A stretch of DNA of 32,000 nucleotides from positions 3,119,944 through 3,151,943 of the forward strand of contig NZ_CP022464.2 in assembly GCF_002234575.2 (NCBI RefSeq). The letters run 5' to 3'. The stretch's first letter is position 1; every line of letters starts with the position of its first letter. The notes beneath the pieces were generated by a model, which searched no databases, was not told the origin of the DNA, and saw only the letters and a list, made by a program, of their open reading frames with translations. The position numbers were made by a program, and so were the translations under genes. The DNA comes from Enterocloster bolteae. GTDB lineage: Bacteria > Bacillota > Clostridia > Lachnospirales > Lachnospiraceae. Positions 24,181-32,000 of the stretch are shown piece by piece.

Positions 24181-24661
24181 GAAACTAGGTCCGGGCTATC
24201 AATCACGAAGTAGTGAACCAAAGGTTATGCCGTGAAAATGCATATGGTAAAACGAACCGTGGAAGAGTGACAGCCTGAAGCTTTCGTATGAAAATATGGA
24301 TTGCTTTATAAGGGAAGTAAGGGAAGCAGGGGAAAATAACAAAACAGGAAGACTCATATCGCATGAGTGCTTATAATGAAATTAATCATATGAAATGAAA
24401 CTACTGCCGAATGGTGTTGCTTAATACTGTGAAATGCCTTATAATTAGGCATTGTGGCATAATGTTTTAACCCGTGTTATATAGTTGGGGTAAAAAATGT
24501 CGTAATTAAAATAAAGGGGCCTGATTTTCTTTGAAAAAGGGGTGAAAAAGGAGCAGAAAAGAGCAAAATAAGGACCTGAACTCCGGCTCTTTTCGATTTG
24601 GACCGGCCCTTGCTACAAGCCAAAAATACTGTGTAAACAGCACAATAAATAAGGAAAAACC

Positions 24662-26530
24662 ATGAGAAAACTAGCTTTAAATGATGAGATATTACTAAGC
24701 ATTCAACAACCCGCCCGCTATATCGGAGGCGAGGTAAATATGGTGATTAAGGACCCTGAAAAAGTGGATGTCCGCTTTGCCATGTGTTTCCCCGACGTGT
24801 ATGAAATCGGTATGTCCCACCTGGGCATTCAGATTCTGTATTCCATGTTCAACAGCAGGGAGGACATCTGCTGTGAGCGCGTTTACTCCCCGTGGACAGA
24901 CTTAGACCCCATACTCAGGGAGAAGAAGATACCGCTATTTACCCTGGAAACCCAGGAGCCGGTAAAGAATTTTGATTTTCTGGGAATCACTCTCCAGTAC
25001 GAGATGTGCTACACCAACGTGCTTCAGATTCTGGACCTTTCACAGATTCCGCTCCATACATGCGACAGAACGGAAAATGACCCCATTGTTATCGGAGGCG
25101 GGCCCTGCGCATACAATCCGGAACCGCTGGCTGACTTTTTTGACCTGTTTTATATCGGAGAGGGCGAAACCGTATATTTTGAGCTTATGGACCGCTACAA
25201 GGAGAATAAGAAGGCCGGCGGCACCAGAAAGCAGTTTCTGGAAATGGCGGCGGAGATACCGGGCATCTATGTGCCTGCTTTTTATGATGTGACCTATAAG
25301 GAAGACGGTACCATTGAATGTTTTCTGCCGAATAATGAACATGCCATGCCGGTGGTTACCAAACAAGTGGTAACGGACATGGACAGTGTGGGATATATTG
25401 AAAAGCCGTTGGTGCCATTTATCAAAGTGACCCAGGACAGGGTGGTGCTGGAAATTCAGCGGGGCTGTATCCGCGGGTGCCGGTTCTGCCAGGCCGGGGA
25501 TGTGTACAGGCCTCTCAGAGAGCACAGCCTGGAATATCTGAAGCACTATGCCAGCGACATGTTAAAGAGCACGGGCCATGAGGAGATATCCCTAAGTTCC
25601 TTAAGCTCCAGCGATTACAGCCAGTTAGAGGGCCTGGTCAATTTCCTCATTGACGAATTCAAGGGCAAAGGCGTGAATATATCCCTGCCTTCCCTGCGCA
25701 TCGACGCATTTTCTCTGGACGTCATGAGCAAGGTGCAGGATGTGAAAAAGAGCAGCCTTACCTTTGCGCCGGAGGCGGGTTCCCAGAGACTTCGTGACGT
25801 CATCAATAAGGGGCTGACCGAAGAAGTGATACTGAAGGGAGCAACAGATGCCTTTGAATCAGGCTGGAACCGGGTAAAGCTGTATTTTATGCTGGGTCTG
25901 CCCACGGAGACAGTGGAGGATATGGAGGGAATTGCGCTGCTTTCTGAAAAGATTGCGGAAGCATACTATGATATCCCCAAGGACCGGAGAAACGGAAAGG
26001 TACAGATTGTAGCCAGTTCCTCCTTCTTTGTGCCAAAGCCCTTTACACCGTTCCAGTGGGCCAGGATGTGTACAAAGGAAGAATTTATTGAGAGAGCCAA
26101 TATCGTCCGGGGCAAGTTCCGCGAGATGAAAAACTTCAAGAGCCTTAAATATAACTGGCATGAGGCGGAGCTTACCGTGCTGGAGGGTGTGCTGGCCAGA
26201 GGCGACCGCAGGGTCGGGGCCGTGATAGAAGAAGCTTACCGCACAGGGGCCATCTATGACTCCTGGTCTGAATATTTTAAGAATGATGTATGGATGAAGG
26301 CCTTTGAGACCTGCGGCGTGGATATCGGATTTTATACCACCAGGGAGAGAAGCCTGGATGAGGTATTCCCATGGGATTTCATTGATGCTGGCGTATCAAA
26401 GGAATTCCTGATCCGTGAGTGGAACCATGCCGTGAAGGAAGAAGTGACGCCTAACTGCCGTCAGAGATGTTCAGGCTGCGGAGCCAGAGATTTTGGCTGC
26501 GGCGTCTGTTATGAAACCGTAAAGGAATAG
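24662..26530 (+). CDS. B12-binding-domain radical SAM protein (TIGR03960-like)
   Basis: Contains the CxxxCxxC cluster (QRGCIRGCRFCQAG). It is 622 aa and is followed by the radical-SAM-linked protein. Confidence 0.8.
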   Translation: MRKLALNDEILLSIQQPARYIGGEVNMVIKDPEKVDVRFAMCFPDVYEIGMSHLGIQILYSMFNSREDICCERVYSPWTDLDPILREKKIPLFTLETQEPVKNFDFLGITLQYEMCYTNVLQILDLSQIPLHTCDRTENDPIVIGGGPCAYNPEPLADFFDLFYIGEGETVYFELMDRYKENKKAGGTRKQFLEMAAEIPGIYVPAFYDVTYKEDGTIECFLPNNEHAMPVVTKQVVTDMDSVGYIEKPLVPFIKVTQDRVVLEIQRGCIRGCRFCQAGDVYRPLREHSLEYLKHYASDMLKSTGHEEISLSSLSSSDYSQLEGLVNFLIDEFKGKGVNISLPSLRIDAFSLDVMSKVQDVKKSSLTFAPEAGSQRLRDVINKGLTEEVILKGATDAFESGWNRVKLYFMLGLPTETVEDMEGIALLSEKIAEAYYDIPKDRRNGKVQIVASSSFFVPKPFTPFQWARMCTKEEFIERANIVRGKFREMKNFKSLKYNWHEAELTVLEGVLARGDRRVGAVIEEAYRTGAIYDSWSEYFKNDVWMKAFETCGVDIGFYTTRERSLDEVFPWDFIDAGVSKEFLIREWNHAVKEEVTPNCRQRCSGCGARDFGCGVCYETVKE

Positions 26531-26535
26531 GATAA

Positions 26536-27291
26536 ATGAAAATTCGGATTAAATTCAGAAAATATGGAACAATGAAATTCATCGGTCACCTGGACGTGAT
26601 GCGTTATTTCCAGAAGGCCATACGCAGGGCGGATGTGGATGTATGTTACAGCGGAGGATTCTCCCCTCATCAGATCATGTCCTTTGCGGCCCCTCTGGGA
26701 GTGGGAAATACCAGCAACGGGGAATACGTGGACATAGAGGTGTCCTCCACCAAAGATTCGGAAACCATGAAGAAATGTCTGAACGGGGTGATGTCGGAAG
26801 GCTTTGAGGTCGTAAGCTACAGAGGTCTGCCGGATGACGCGGCCAATGCCATGTCCATAGTCGGGGCCGGGGATTATACCCTGGCCTTCAGACCGGGATA
26901 CGAGCCAGAGGACATGGATAAGGAAACGTGGTTTCAGGGGCTTATTGCCTTTTTTGAGCGTCCCAGCGTCATGGTGACAAAGAAAACCAAGCGCGGTGAT
27001 AAGGAGATGGATCTAAAGCCCCTGGTTTATGAGCTCAGAATCTGTCCTGAGGGGGATGGCGAAATGGAAGGCCCCCGTCTGTTTATGAAAATATCCGCAG
27101 GCAGCGCTGCCAATGTGAAACCGGAACAGGTGCTGGATGCGTATTACGGGTTCCTGGGAAAGGAGCGGCCGCCCTTTGCCTTTATGGTACAGAGGGAAGA
27201 AGTATATGCGGACAGGGCCTCTGATGCTGAGAAGGAAGCCGGTATTCACTCCTTTATCTCTCTGGAACAGCTGGGTGAGGAAATCAGATAA
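26536..27291 (+). CDS. radical SAM-linked protein (TIGR03936 / DUF2344-like)
   Basis: The N-terminus MKIRIKFRKYGTMKFIGHLDVMRYFQKAIRRA is characteristic of this family. It is adjacent to the TIGR03960-like gene. Confidence 0.75.
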   Translation: MKIRIKFRKYGTMKFIGHLDVMRYFQKAIRRADVDVCYSGGFSPHQIMSFAAPLGVGNTSNGEYVDIEVSSTKDSETMKKCLNGVMSEGFEVVSYRGLPDDAANAMSIVGAGDYTLAFRPGYEPEDMDKETWFQGLIAFFERPSVMVTKKTKRGDKEMDLKPLVYELRICPEGDGEMEGPRLFMKISAGSAANVKPEQVLDAYYGFLGKERPPFAFMVQREEVYADRASDAEKEAGIHSFISLEQLGEEIR

Positions 27292-28448
27292 TGGACAAAT
27301 TAGTAGTGACCCGGCGGGGGGATAAGGTCTGTACGGCCGTGGTATCAGACGGAAAGGTAAGCCAGCTGATGCTGGAGCCGGATACCGCCGACTCCCTGCT
27401 GGGCAATATTTATATCGGCAAGGTGCAGAAGGTGGTAAGCAATATCAATGCCGCCTTTATTGACATAGGACCGGGATGTACCGGATATTACAGCCTGCAG
27501 GAACGGTGGAAGCCGGAACGTCTTAAGACCGGCGACGAGCTGGTGGTGCAGGTCAGCAAAGATGCTGTGAAATCAAAGGCCCCGGTGGTCACGGAACGTC
27601 TGTCCTTTACGGGGCGGTACTGTGTGCTGACTGTGGGAAAGACCGGAATCGGTTTTTCCGCGAAAATACGTGATGCCTCCTACAAAGCCAGGCTTCGTGA
27701 ACTTCTGGAATGTGACCTGGCAGGAACTAAGGACCTGGGCATTATTGTCCGGACCAACGCAGTTACGGTGGAGGAATGTGCTGTGCGGGAGGAACTGGCT
27801 GAGCTGATGCGGACATGGCAAAGGCTTTCGGCGGAAGCTGGGTGCAGAGTCTGCTACAGCTGCCTTTACAGGGCGCTGCCGGGCTATATAGCGGCTATAC
27901 GGGATTCCTTCGGCGGGACCCTGGAAGAAATTATTACAGATGTTCCTGAGTACCACAGGGAGCTGAAGGCATATCTGGAAATGTGCCAGAAGGAAGACGC
28001 GGGACGCCTGACCCTTTATGAGGACAGCCTTCTGCCCCTTGGCAAGCTTTACAGCCTGGAAACTGCTTTTGAAAAGGCACTGGGTAAGAATGTATGGCTG
28101 AAGTCCGGGGGATACCTGGTCATAGAGCCCACAGAAGCCATGACGGTTATTGATGTTAATACAGGGAAGTACTCAGGCAGAAAAAAGATGCAGGACACCA
28201 TATACAAGATAAATATGGAGGCTGCGGATGAGATTGGACGGCAGATTAGGCTGCGCAACCTTTCCGGTATCATCATTGTGGATTTTATTGATATGGAGAG
28301 GGAGGAGGACAGGAAGGCCCTTCTTGCCCATTTAGTAGAAGTTGTTTCGAGAGACCCGGTAAAGACCACGGTGGTGGATATGACGGCTTTGAACCTGGTG
28401 GAGCTCACCAGAAAGAAAGTGAGAAAGCCGCTCCACGAACAGGTCTGA
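27291..28448 (+). CDS. rng: ribonuclease E/G family protein
   Basis: S1-domain signature GNIYIGKVQKVVSNINAAFIDIG. The catalytic-core segment reads LVIEPTEAMTVIDVNTGKY. The start overlaps the previous stop (TAATG). Confidence 0.8.
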   Translation: MDKLVVTRRGDKVCTAVVSDGKVSQLMLEPDTADSLLGNIYIGKVQKVVSNINAAFIDIGPGCTGYYSLQERWKPERLKTGDELVVQVSKDAVKSKAPVVTERLSFTGRYCVLTVGKTGIGFSAKIRDASYKARLRELLECDLAGTKDLGIIVRTNAVTVEECAVREELAELMRTWQRLSAEAGCRVCYSCLYRALPGYIAAIRDSFGGTLEEIITDVPEYHRELKAYLEMCQKEDAGRLTLYEDSLLPLGKLYSLETAFEKALGKNVWLKSGGYLVIEPTEAMTVIDVNTGKYSGRKKMQDTIYKINMEAADEIGRQIRLRNLSGIIIVDFIDMEREEDRKALLAHLVEVVSRDPVKTTVVDMTALNLVELTRKKVRKPLHEQV

Positions 28449-28483
28449 ATATGACAATACACAGGGGATAAAGGGGAAGAAAT

Positions 28484-29839
28484 ATGAAAATCATAATTGT
28501 AGGCTGCGGTAAGGTGGGAACCACACTGGCAGAGCAGCTGAACAGGGAAAACCACGATATTACACTGATTGACTGCGACAGCGAAGCGCTCCAATCTATT
28601 TCAGACAGTACAGATGTCATGAGCGTTACCGGAAATGGGGCCGTGTACCAGGTGCAGATGGAGGCGGGAATCAAGGAAGCGGATTTGCTGATTGCCACCA
28701 CCAATTCAGATGAGCTTAACATGCTCTGTTGTTTGATTGCAAAGAAAGCAGGCAACTGCCATACCATTGCCCGTATCCGCAATCCTGAGTACTCAGCGGA
28801 AATCAACTATATCAGGGAAGAACTGAACCTTTCACTGGCCATTAATCCGGAGCTGGCTGCCGCCAGGGAGATTGCCAGACTGCTTCGTTTTCCCAATGCC
28901 ATTAAGATTGAGCTGTTTGCCAAGGGCAGAATTGAGCTCCTTAAATTCATGATTCCCAAGGATTCCATTCTGGACCGCATGAAGGTAATGGACGTGGTGA
29001 GCCGGTTAAAGAGCAATGTGCTGATCTGCGCCGTGGAGCGCGGGGATGATGTGGTGATACCGGACGGCAACTTTGAGATGAGAGGCGGAGATAAGATATC
29101 CTTTATTGCGCCCCATGCAGACTGTGCTGATTTCTTCCGCAAAGCGGGTATCGAGAACAACACGGTTAATTCCGCCATGTTTGTGGGCGGAGGAAAGCTG
29201 ACCGTGTATCTGGCCAAGGCCCTGGCTGATACCAAGATAAAAATTAAGATTATTGAGCAGGACGAGGAGCGGTGCAGGATCTTAAGTGAGCTTCTTCCTC
29301 ATGCAATGATTATACACGGGGATGGTTCGGACCAGAAGCTGCTGCTGGAAGAAGGTATCCGTCAGACGGAAGCATTTGCCTCCCTTACGGGGTTTGATGA
29401 GGAAAATATACTGCTGTCCTTATATGCGGCCAGCCAGTCCAGGGCCAAGCTGATCACCAAGGTTAATAAAATAGCCTTTGAAAATGTAATCAACGCCCTG
29501 AACCTGGGAAGCGTCATATACCCCAAGATGCTGACAGCCGACATCATCCTGCAGTATGTAAGGGCCATGCAGAACTCCATGGGCAGCAACATAGAGACTC
29601 TGTATAAAATCGTGGCCGACAAGGCCGAAGCGCTGGAGTTCAGGGTAAGGGGAGATTCGCCTGTGCTGGGGATTCCGCTGGAGAAGCTGAGGACCAGGAA
29701 TAATCTGTTGGTGGCATGCATCAACCGCAACGGCCGCATTATCATGCCCCGAGGCAAGGATACCCTGGAGGCAGGGGACACAGTCATCATTGTGACCACC
29801 CATACAGGGCTTAATGATTTGAAGGATATCTTAATGTAA
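28484..29839 (+). CDS. trkA: Trk potassium uptake system NAD-binding protein TrkA
   Basis: Two Rossmann-type TrkA-N modules (MKIIIVGCGKVGTTLA and FVGGGKLTVYLA), each followed by a TrkA-C-like segment. Total 451 aa. Confidence 0.9.
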   Translation: MKIIIVGCGKVGTTLAEQLNRENHDITLIDCDSEALQSISDSTDVMSVTGNGAVYQVQMEAGIKEADLLIATTNSDELNMLCCLIAKKAGNCHTIARIRNPEYSAEINYIREELNLSLAINPELAAAREIARLLRFPNAIKIELFAKGRIELLKFMIPKDSILDRMKVMDVVSRLKSNVLICAVERGDDVVIPDGNFEMRGGDKISFIAPHADCADFFRKAGIENNTVNSAMFVGGGKLTVYLAKALADTKIKIKIIEQDEERCRILSELLPHAMIIHGDGSDQKLLLEEGIRQTEAFASLTGFDEENILLSLYAASQSRAKLITKVNKIAFENVINALNLGSVIYPKMLTADIILQYVRAMQNSMGSNIETLYKIVADKAEALEFRVRGDSPVLGIPLEKLRTRNNLLVACINRNGRIIMPRGKDTLEAGDTVIIVTTHTGLNDLKDILM

Positions 29840-29855
29840 AGGCGGGCGGGACGAC

Positions 29856-31295
29856 ATGAATCGAAGTATAATCATTTATATGCTGGGCTGGATCATGAAT
29901 ATGGAAGCCATTTTCATGACACTGCCAGTTGTTACAGCTGTTGTCTACAGGGAAAGCATTGGCTTTATTTATCTGGGCGTTGCGGCTGTCTGCGGTCTGC
30001 TGGGATTTATGTGCACCAGGAAGAAGCCATGCACAAAGATGTTTTTTGCCAGGGAAGGATTTGTGACGGTTTCCCTGGGGTGGATTGTATTGAGCTTTTT
30101 CGGGTGCATGCCCTTTGTCATAAGCGGGGAGATTCCCCATATCATTGACGCCATGTTTGAAATCGTATCAGGTTTTACCACTACAGGGTCCAGTATTATT
30201 CCCAAGGTAGAGGATATGTCACATGCCACCCTGATGTGGAGAAGCTTTTCCCACTGGATTGGCGGCATGGGAATTCTGGTGTTCATCCTGGCGATTCTGC
30301 CCATGGCAGGGGATTATAACATGCATATTATGAGGGCCGAGAGTCCGGGCCCTTCCGTGGGAAAGCTGGTGCCTAAAATCCGTATTACCGCCAAACTGCT
30401 GTACTCCATCTATTTTTGCATGACCATTGTCATGATGATCCTTTTGCTGCTTGGAAAAATGCCCTTATTTGACAGCATATGCATGAGCTTCGGGGCTGCC
30501 GGCACAGGAGGCTTTGCCTGCCGTAATTCAGGGCAGGCGGATTACACGGTGTACCAGCAGGCTGTCATCACTATTTTTATGCTGCTCTTTGGCGTGAACT
30601 TCAATGTGTACTACCTGCTGCTCATACGCAGGCCCAAGGATGCGGGGCGGTGTGAGGAGCTGAGGGGATATCTGGCTGTGGTGGCCATTGCCATCCTGCT
30701 CATCACCATCAATATCAGGAGCCTGTTCCCGTCCCTGTTTATGGCATTCCACCAGGCGGCGTTCCAGGTTTCCTCCATTATCACCACAACGGGATACTCC
30801 ACCATTGATTACAACAGCTGGCCGGAGTTTTCCAAAACAATCCTGCTGCTCATCATGTTTATCGGCGCCTGTGCCGGCAGTACGGGCGGAGGCATGAAGG
30901 TATCCCGTGTCATGATTGCGTTTAAGGAAATAAAAAAGGAGATGGCATCGGTTATCCACCCCCGCAGCGTAAAGGTGCTGAAGTTTGAGGGAAAGCCTCT
31001 GGAGCATAATACCCTCAGGTCCCTTAACGCTTATATTATTGTGTATTTCATGATATTCGGCATATCCACCCTGATTGTGAGTCTGGACAATTATGATTTT
31101 ATGACATCCTTCTCCGCAGTGGCCGCCAACTTAAACAACATTGGTCCAGGAATGTCTGTGGTGGGTCCGGCATCCAACTATTCCATGATGTCCTATCTGT
31201 CCAAGACCGTGCTCATATTTGATATGCTGGCCGGAAGGCTGGAGCTGTTCCCCATGCTGGTTCTTCTGTCTCCGGGAACCTGGAAACGCAGTTGA
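29856..31295 (+). CDS. trkH: TrkH/KtrB family potassium transporter
   Basis: 479-aa polytopic membrane protein. Repeated selectivity-filter-like motifs are present (TTTGSS, GTGGF, TTTGYS, STGGGMK). It is adjacent to trkA. Confidence 0.9.
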   Translation: MNRSIIIYMLGWIMNMEAIFMTLPVVTAVVYRESIGFIYLGVAAVCGLLGFMCTRKKPCTKMFFAREGFVTVSLGWIVLSFFGCMPFVISGEIPHIIDAMFEIVSGFTTTGSSIIPKVEDMSHATLMWRSFSHWIGGMGILVFILAILPMAGDYNMHIMRAESPGPSVGKLVPKIRITAKLLYSIYFCMTIVMMILLLLGKMPLFDSICMSFGAAGTGGFACRNSGQADYTVYQQAVITIFMLLFGVNFNVYYLLLIRRPKDAGRCEELRGYLAVVAIAILLITINIRSLFPSLFMAFHQAAFQVSSIITTTGYSTIDYNSWPEFSKTILLLIMFIGACAGSTGGGMKVSRVMIAFKEIKKEMASVIHPRSVKVLKFEGKPLEHNTLRSLNAYIIVYFMIFGISTLIVSLDNYDFMTSFSAVAANLNNIGPGMSVVGPASNYSMMSYLSKTVLIFDMLAGRLELFPMLVLLSPGTWKRS

Positions 31296-31332
31296 GATTT
31301 GTGAAAAACAAGTGAAAAAACAGTGACTTTTA

Positions 31333-31361
31333 TTGACGAATCCGGACCGGCGGGGTATGAT
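31333..31361 (+). promoter_or_regulatory. candidate sigma-70-type promoter
   Basis: TTGACG (31333-38), a 17-bp spacer, then TATGAT (31356-61), upstream of the last ORF. Confidence 0.4.
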
Positions 31362-31428
31362 TTCCATAAGAAATTTATGATGGTACGCCTTTGGCGTGTA
31401 TGGAAATCACCGTGAAGGAGGAGACGGA

Positions 31429-32000
31429 TTGGTAAGATGTACAAAGGGTTTAAAAGGCATAAAGGGCGCCGGCGCCCTGATTCTGGCGTTCTCCCTGACG
31501 TTTGCGTATCCGGCTGTATCATGGGCCGTTGAGACGGAGGCTTCGGAAGGCACAGTCACCTATGGACCGGGAAGCTATGTCGTTGGCGAGGATATTTTGC
31601 CGGGAGAATATGCGGTTTTTACGGAGGACACATCGGAACAGAACGCCTATTCCACCTGTACCATTACTTTATATAAGGATGATACGGATGAGCGGCGCAT
31701 TGGAACCTTCCAGTTTCAGCACCACGGACTGATTACCCTTTACAAAGGACAGCATCTGGTAATCACAAAAGGGTACGCGGTGGAGGCAGACCGGGCGGGC
31801 ATTACCCTGGGAACCACCGGTATGTACAAGGCTGGCCGGGATATGGAACCGGGCACATACCGCATTACGCCCCTTACCTTTGGCAGCGGGTATTACGCCC
31901 TTTATAACGACGTGAGATATTATTATGATTATATAGATGAATACGCCGCGCTGTTTGAGCCGGTCACGGTCAACATCGCAGAGGGGCAGTATCTGGAGCT
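31429..32000 (+). CDS. secreted hypothetical protein (3' partial, runs off the window)
   Basis: The frame is open from 31381 to the window end. A TTG at 31429 lies 7 nt after AGGAGGAG. The N-terminus is signal-peptide-like (KGIKGAGALILAFSLTFAYPAVSWA). This ORF is absent from the ORF track because it has no stop in the window. Confidence 0.5.
   Translation, partial: MVRCTKGLKGIKGAGALILAFSLTFAYPAVSWAVETEASEGTVTYGPGSYVVGEDILPGEYAVFTEDTSEQNAYSTCTITLYKDDTDERRIGTFQFQHHGLITLYKGQHLVITKGYAVEADRAGITLGTTGMYKAGRDMEPGTYRITPLTFGSGYYALYNDVRYYYDYIDEYAALFEPVTVNIAEGQYLE

Noticed and set aside
23136-24256. Exact 15-mer ATATGGTAAAACGAA at 23136-23150 and 24242-24256, flanking the GNAT gene, suggesting a small cassette bounded by repeats
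   Set aside because: One exact 15-mer pair is roughly what chance predicts in 32 kb of AT-biased sequence. The similarity does not extend convincingly beyond the 15-mer.
1-32000. Search for CRISPR arrays, tRNA/rRNA genes, an integrase or att repeats
   Set aside because: I recognised no regularly spaced short repeats, no tRNA-like or rRNA-like sequence and no tyrosine/serine recombinase ORF in this window. The integration module of the prophage must lie outside it.

Overview
The window has two parts.

**Prophage arm (about 1-15,050).** This is the AT-rich right arm of a siphovirus-like prophage from a low-GC Firmicute. A Clostridia/Lachnospiraceae-type host is my inference from protein style only. 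Gene order is:
- head-tail and tail genes
- tape measure
- Dit, Tal-like and fibre-like proteins
- a complete diversity-generating retroelement (DGR)
- holin and endolysin
- a small-gene 'moron' region driven by two copies of one operator-bearing consensus promoter

**Main finding: the DGR (8566-11507).** It comprises four parts:
- a tail-module target gene with a C-terminal FGE-sulfatase/C-type-lectin-like variable region (VR, 9525-9651)
- an Avd-like four-helix-bundle gene
- a 127-nt template repeat (TR, 10179-10305)
- a DGR-type reverse transcriptase

VR and TR differ at 13 positions, and all 13 are TR adenines. There are 27 adenines in TR, and none of the 100 non-A positions differ. An 8-bp GC stem with a GAAA loop lies 16 nt downstream of VR and is absent downstream of TR.

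**Junction.** The phage DNA ends at an IS30-family element (transposase 15121-16167). This element abuts a 3'-truncated host gene.

**Host chromosome (about 16,200-32,000).** This part is more GC-rich and looks like ordinary chromosome. It encodes:
- a REC / degenerate-GGDEF / EAL response regulator
- an XRE regulator
- a NodB polysaccharide deacetylase
- a GyrI-like protein
- a GNAT acetyltransferase
- the radical-SAM (TIGR03960-like) / radical-SAM-linked (TIGR03936-like) / RNase E/G cluster
- trkA and trkH
- a partial secreted protein

I saw no rRNA, tRNA or CRISPR array. All family assignments come from motif recognition by eye, not from database searches.
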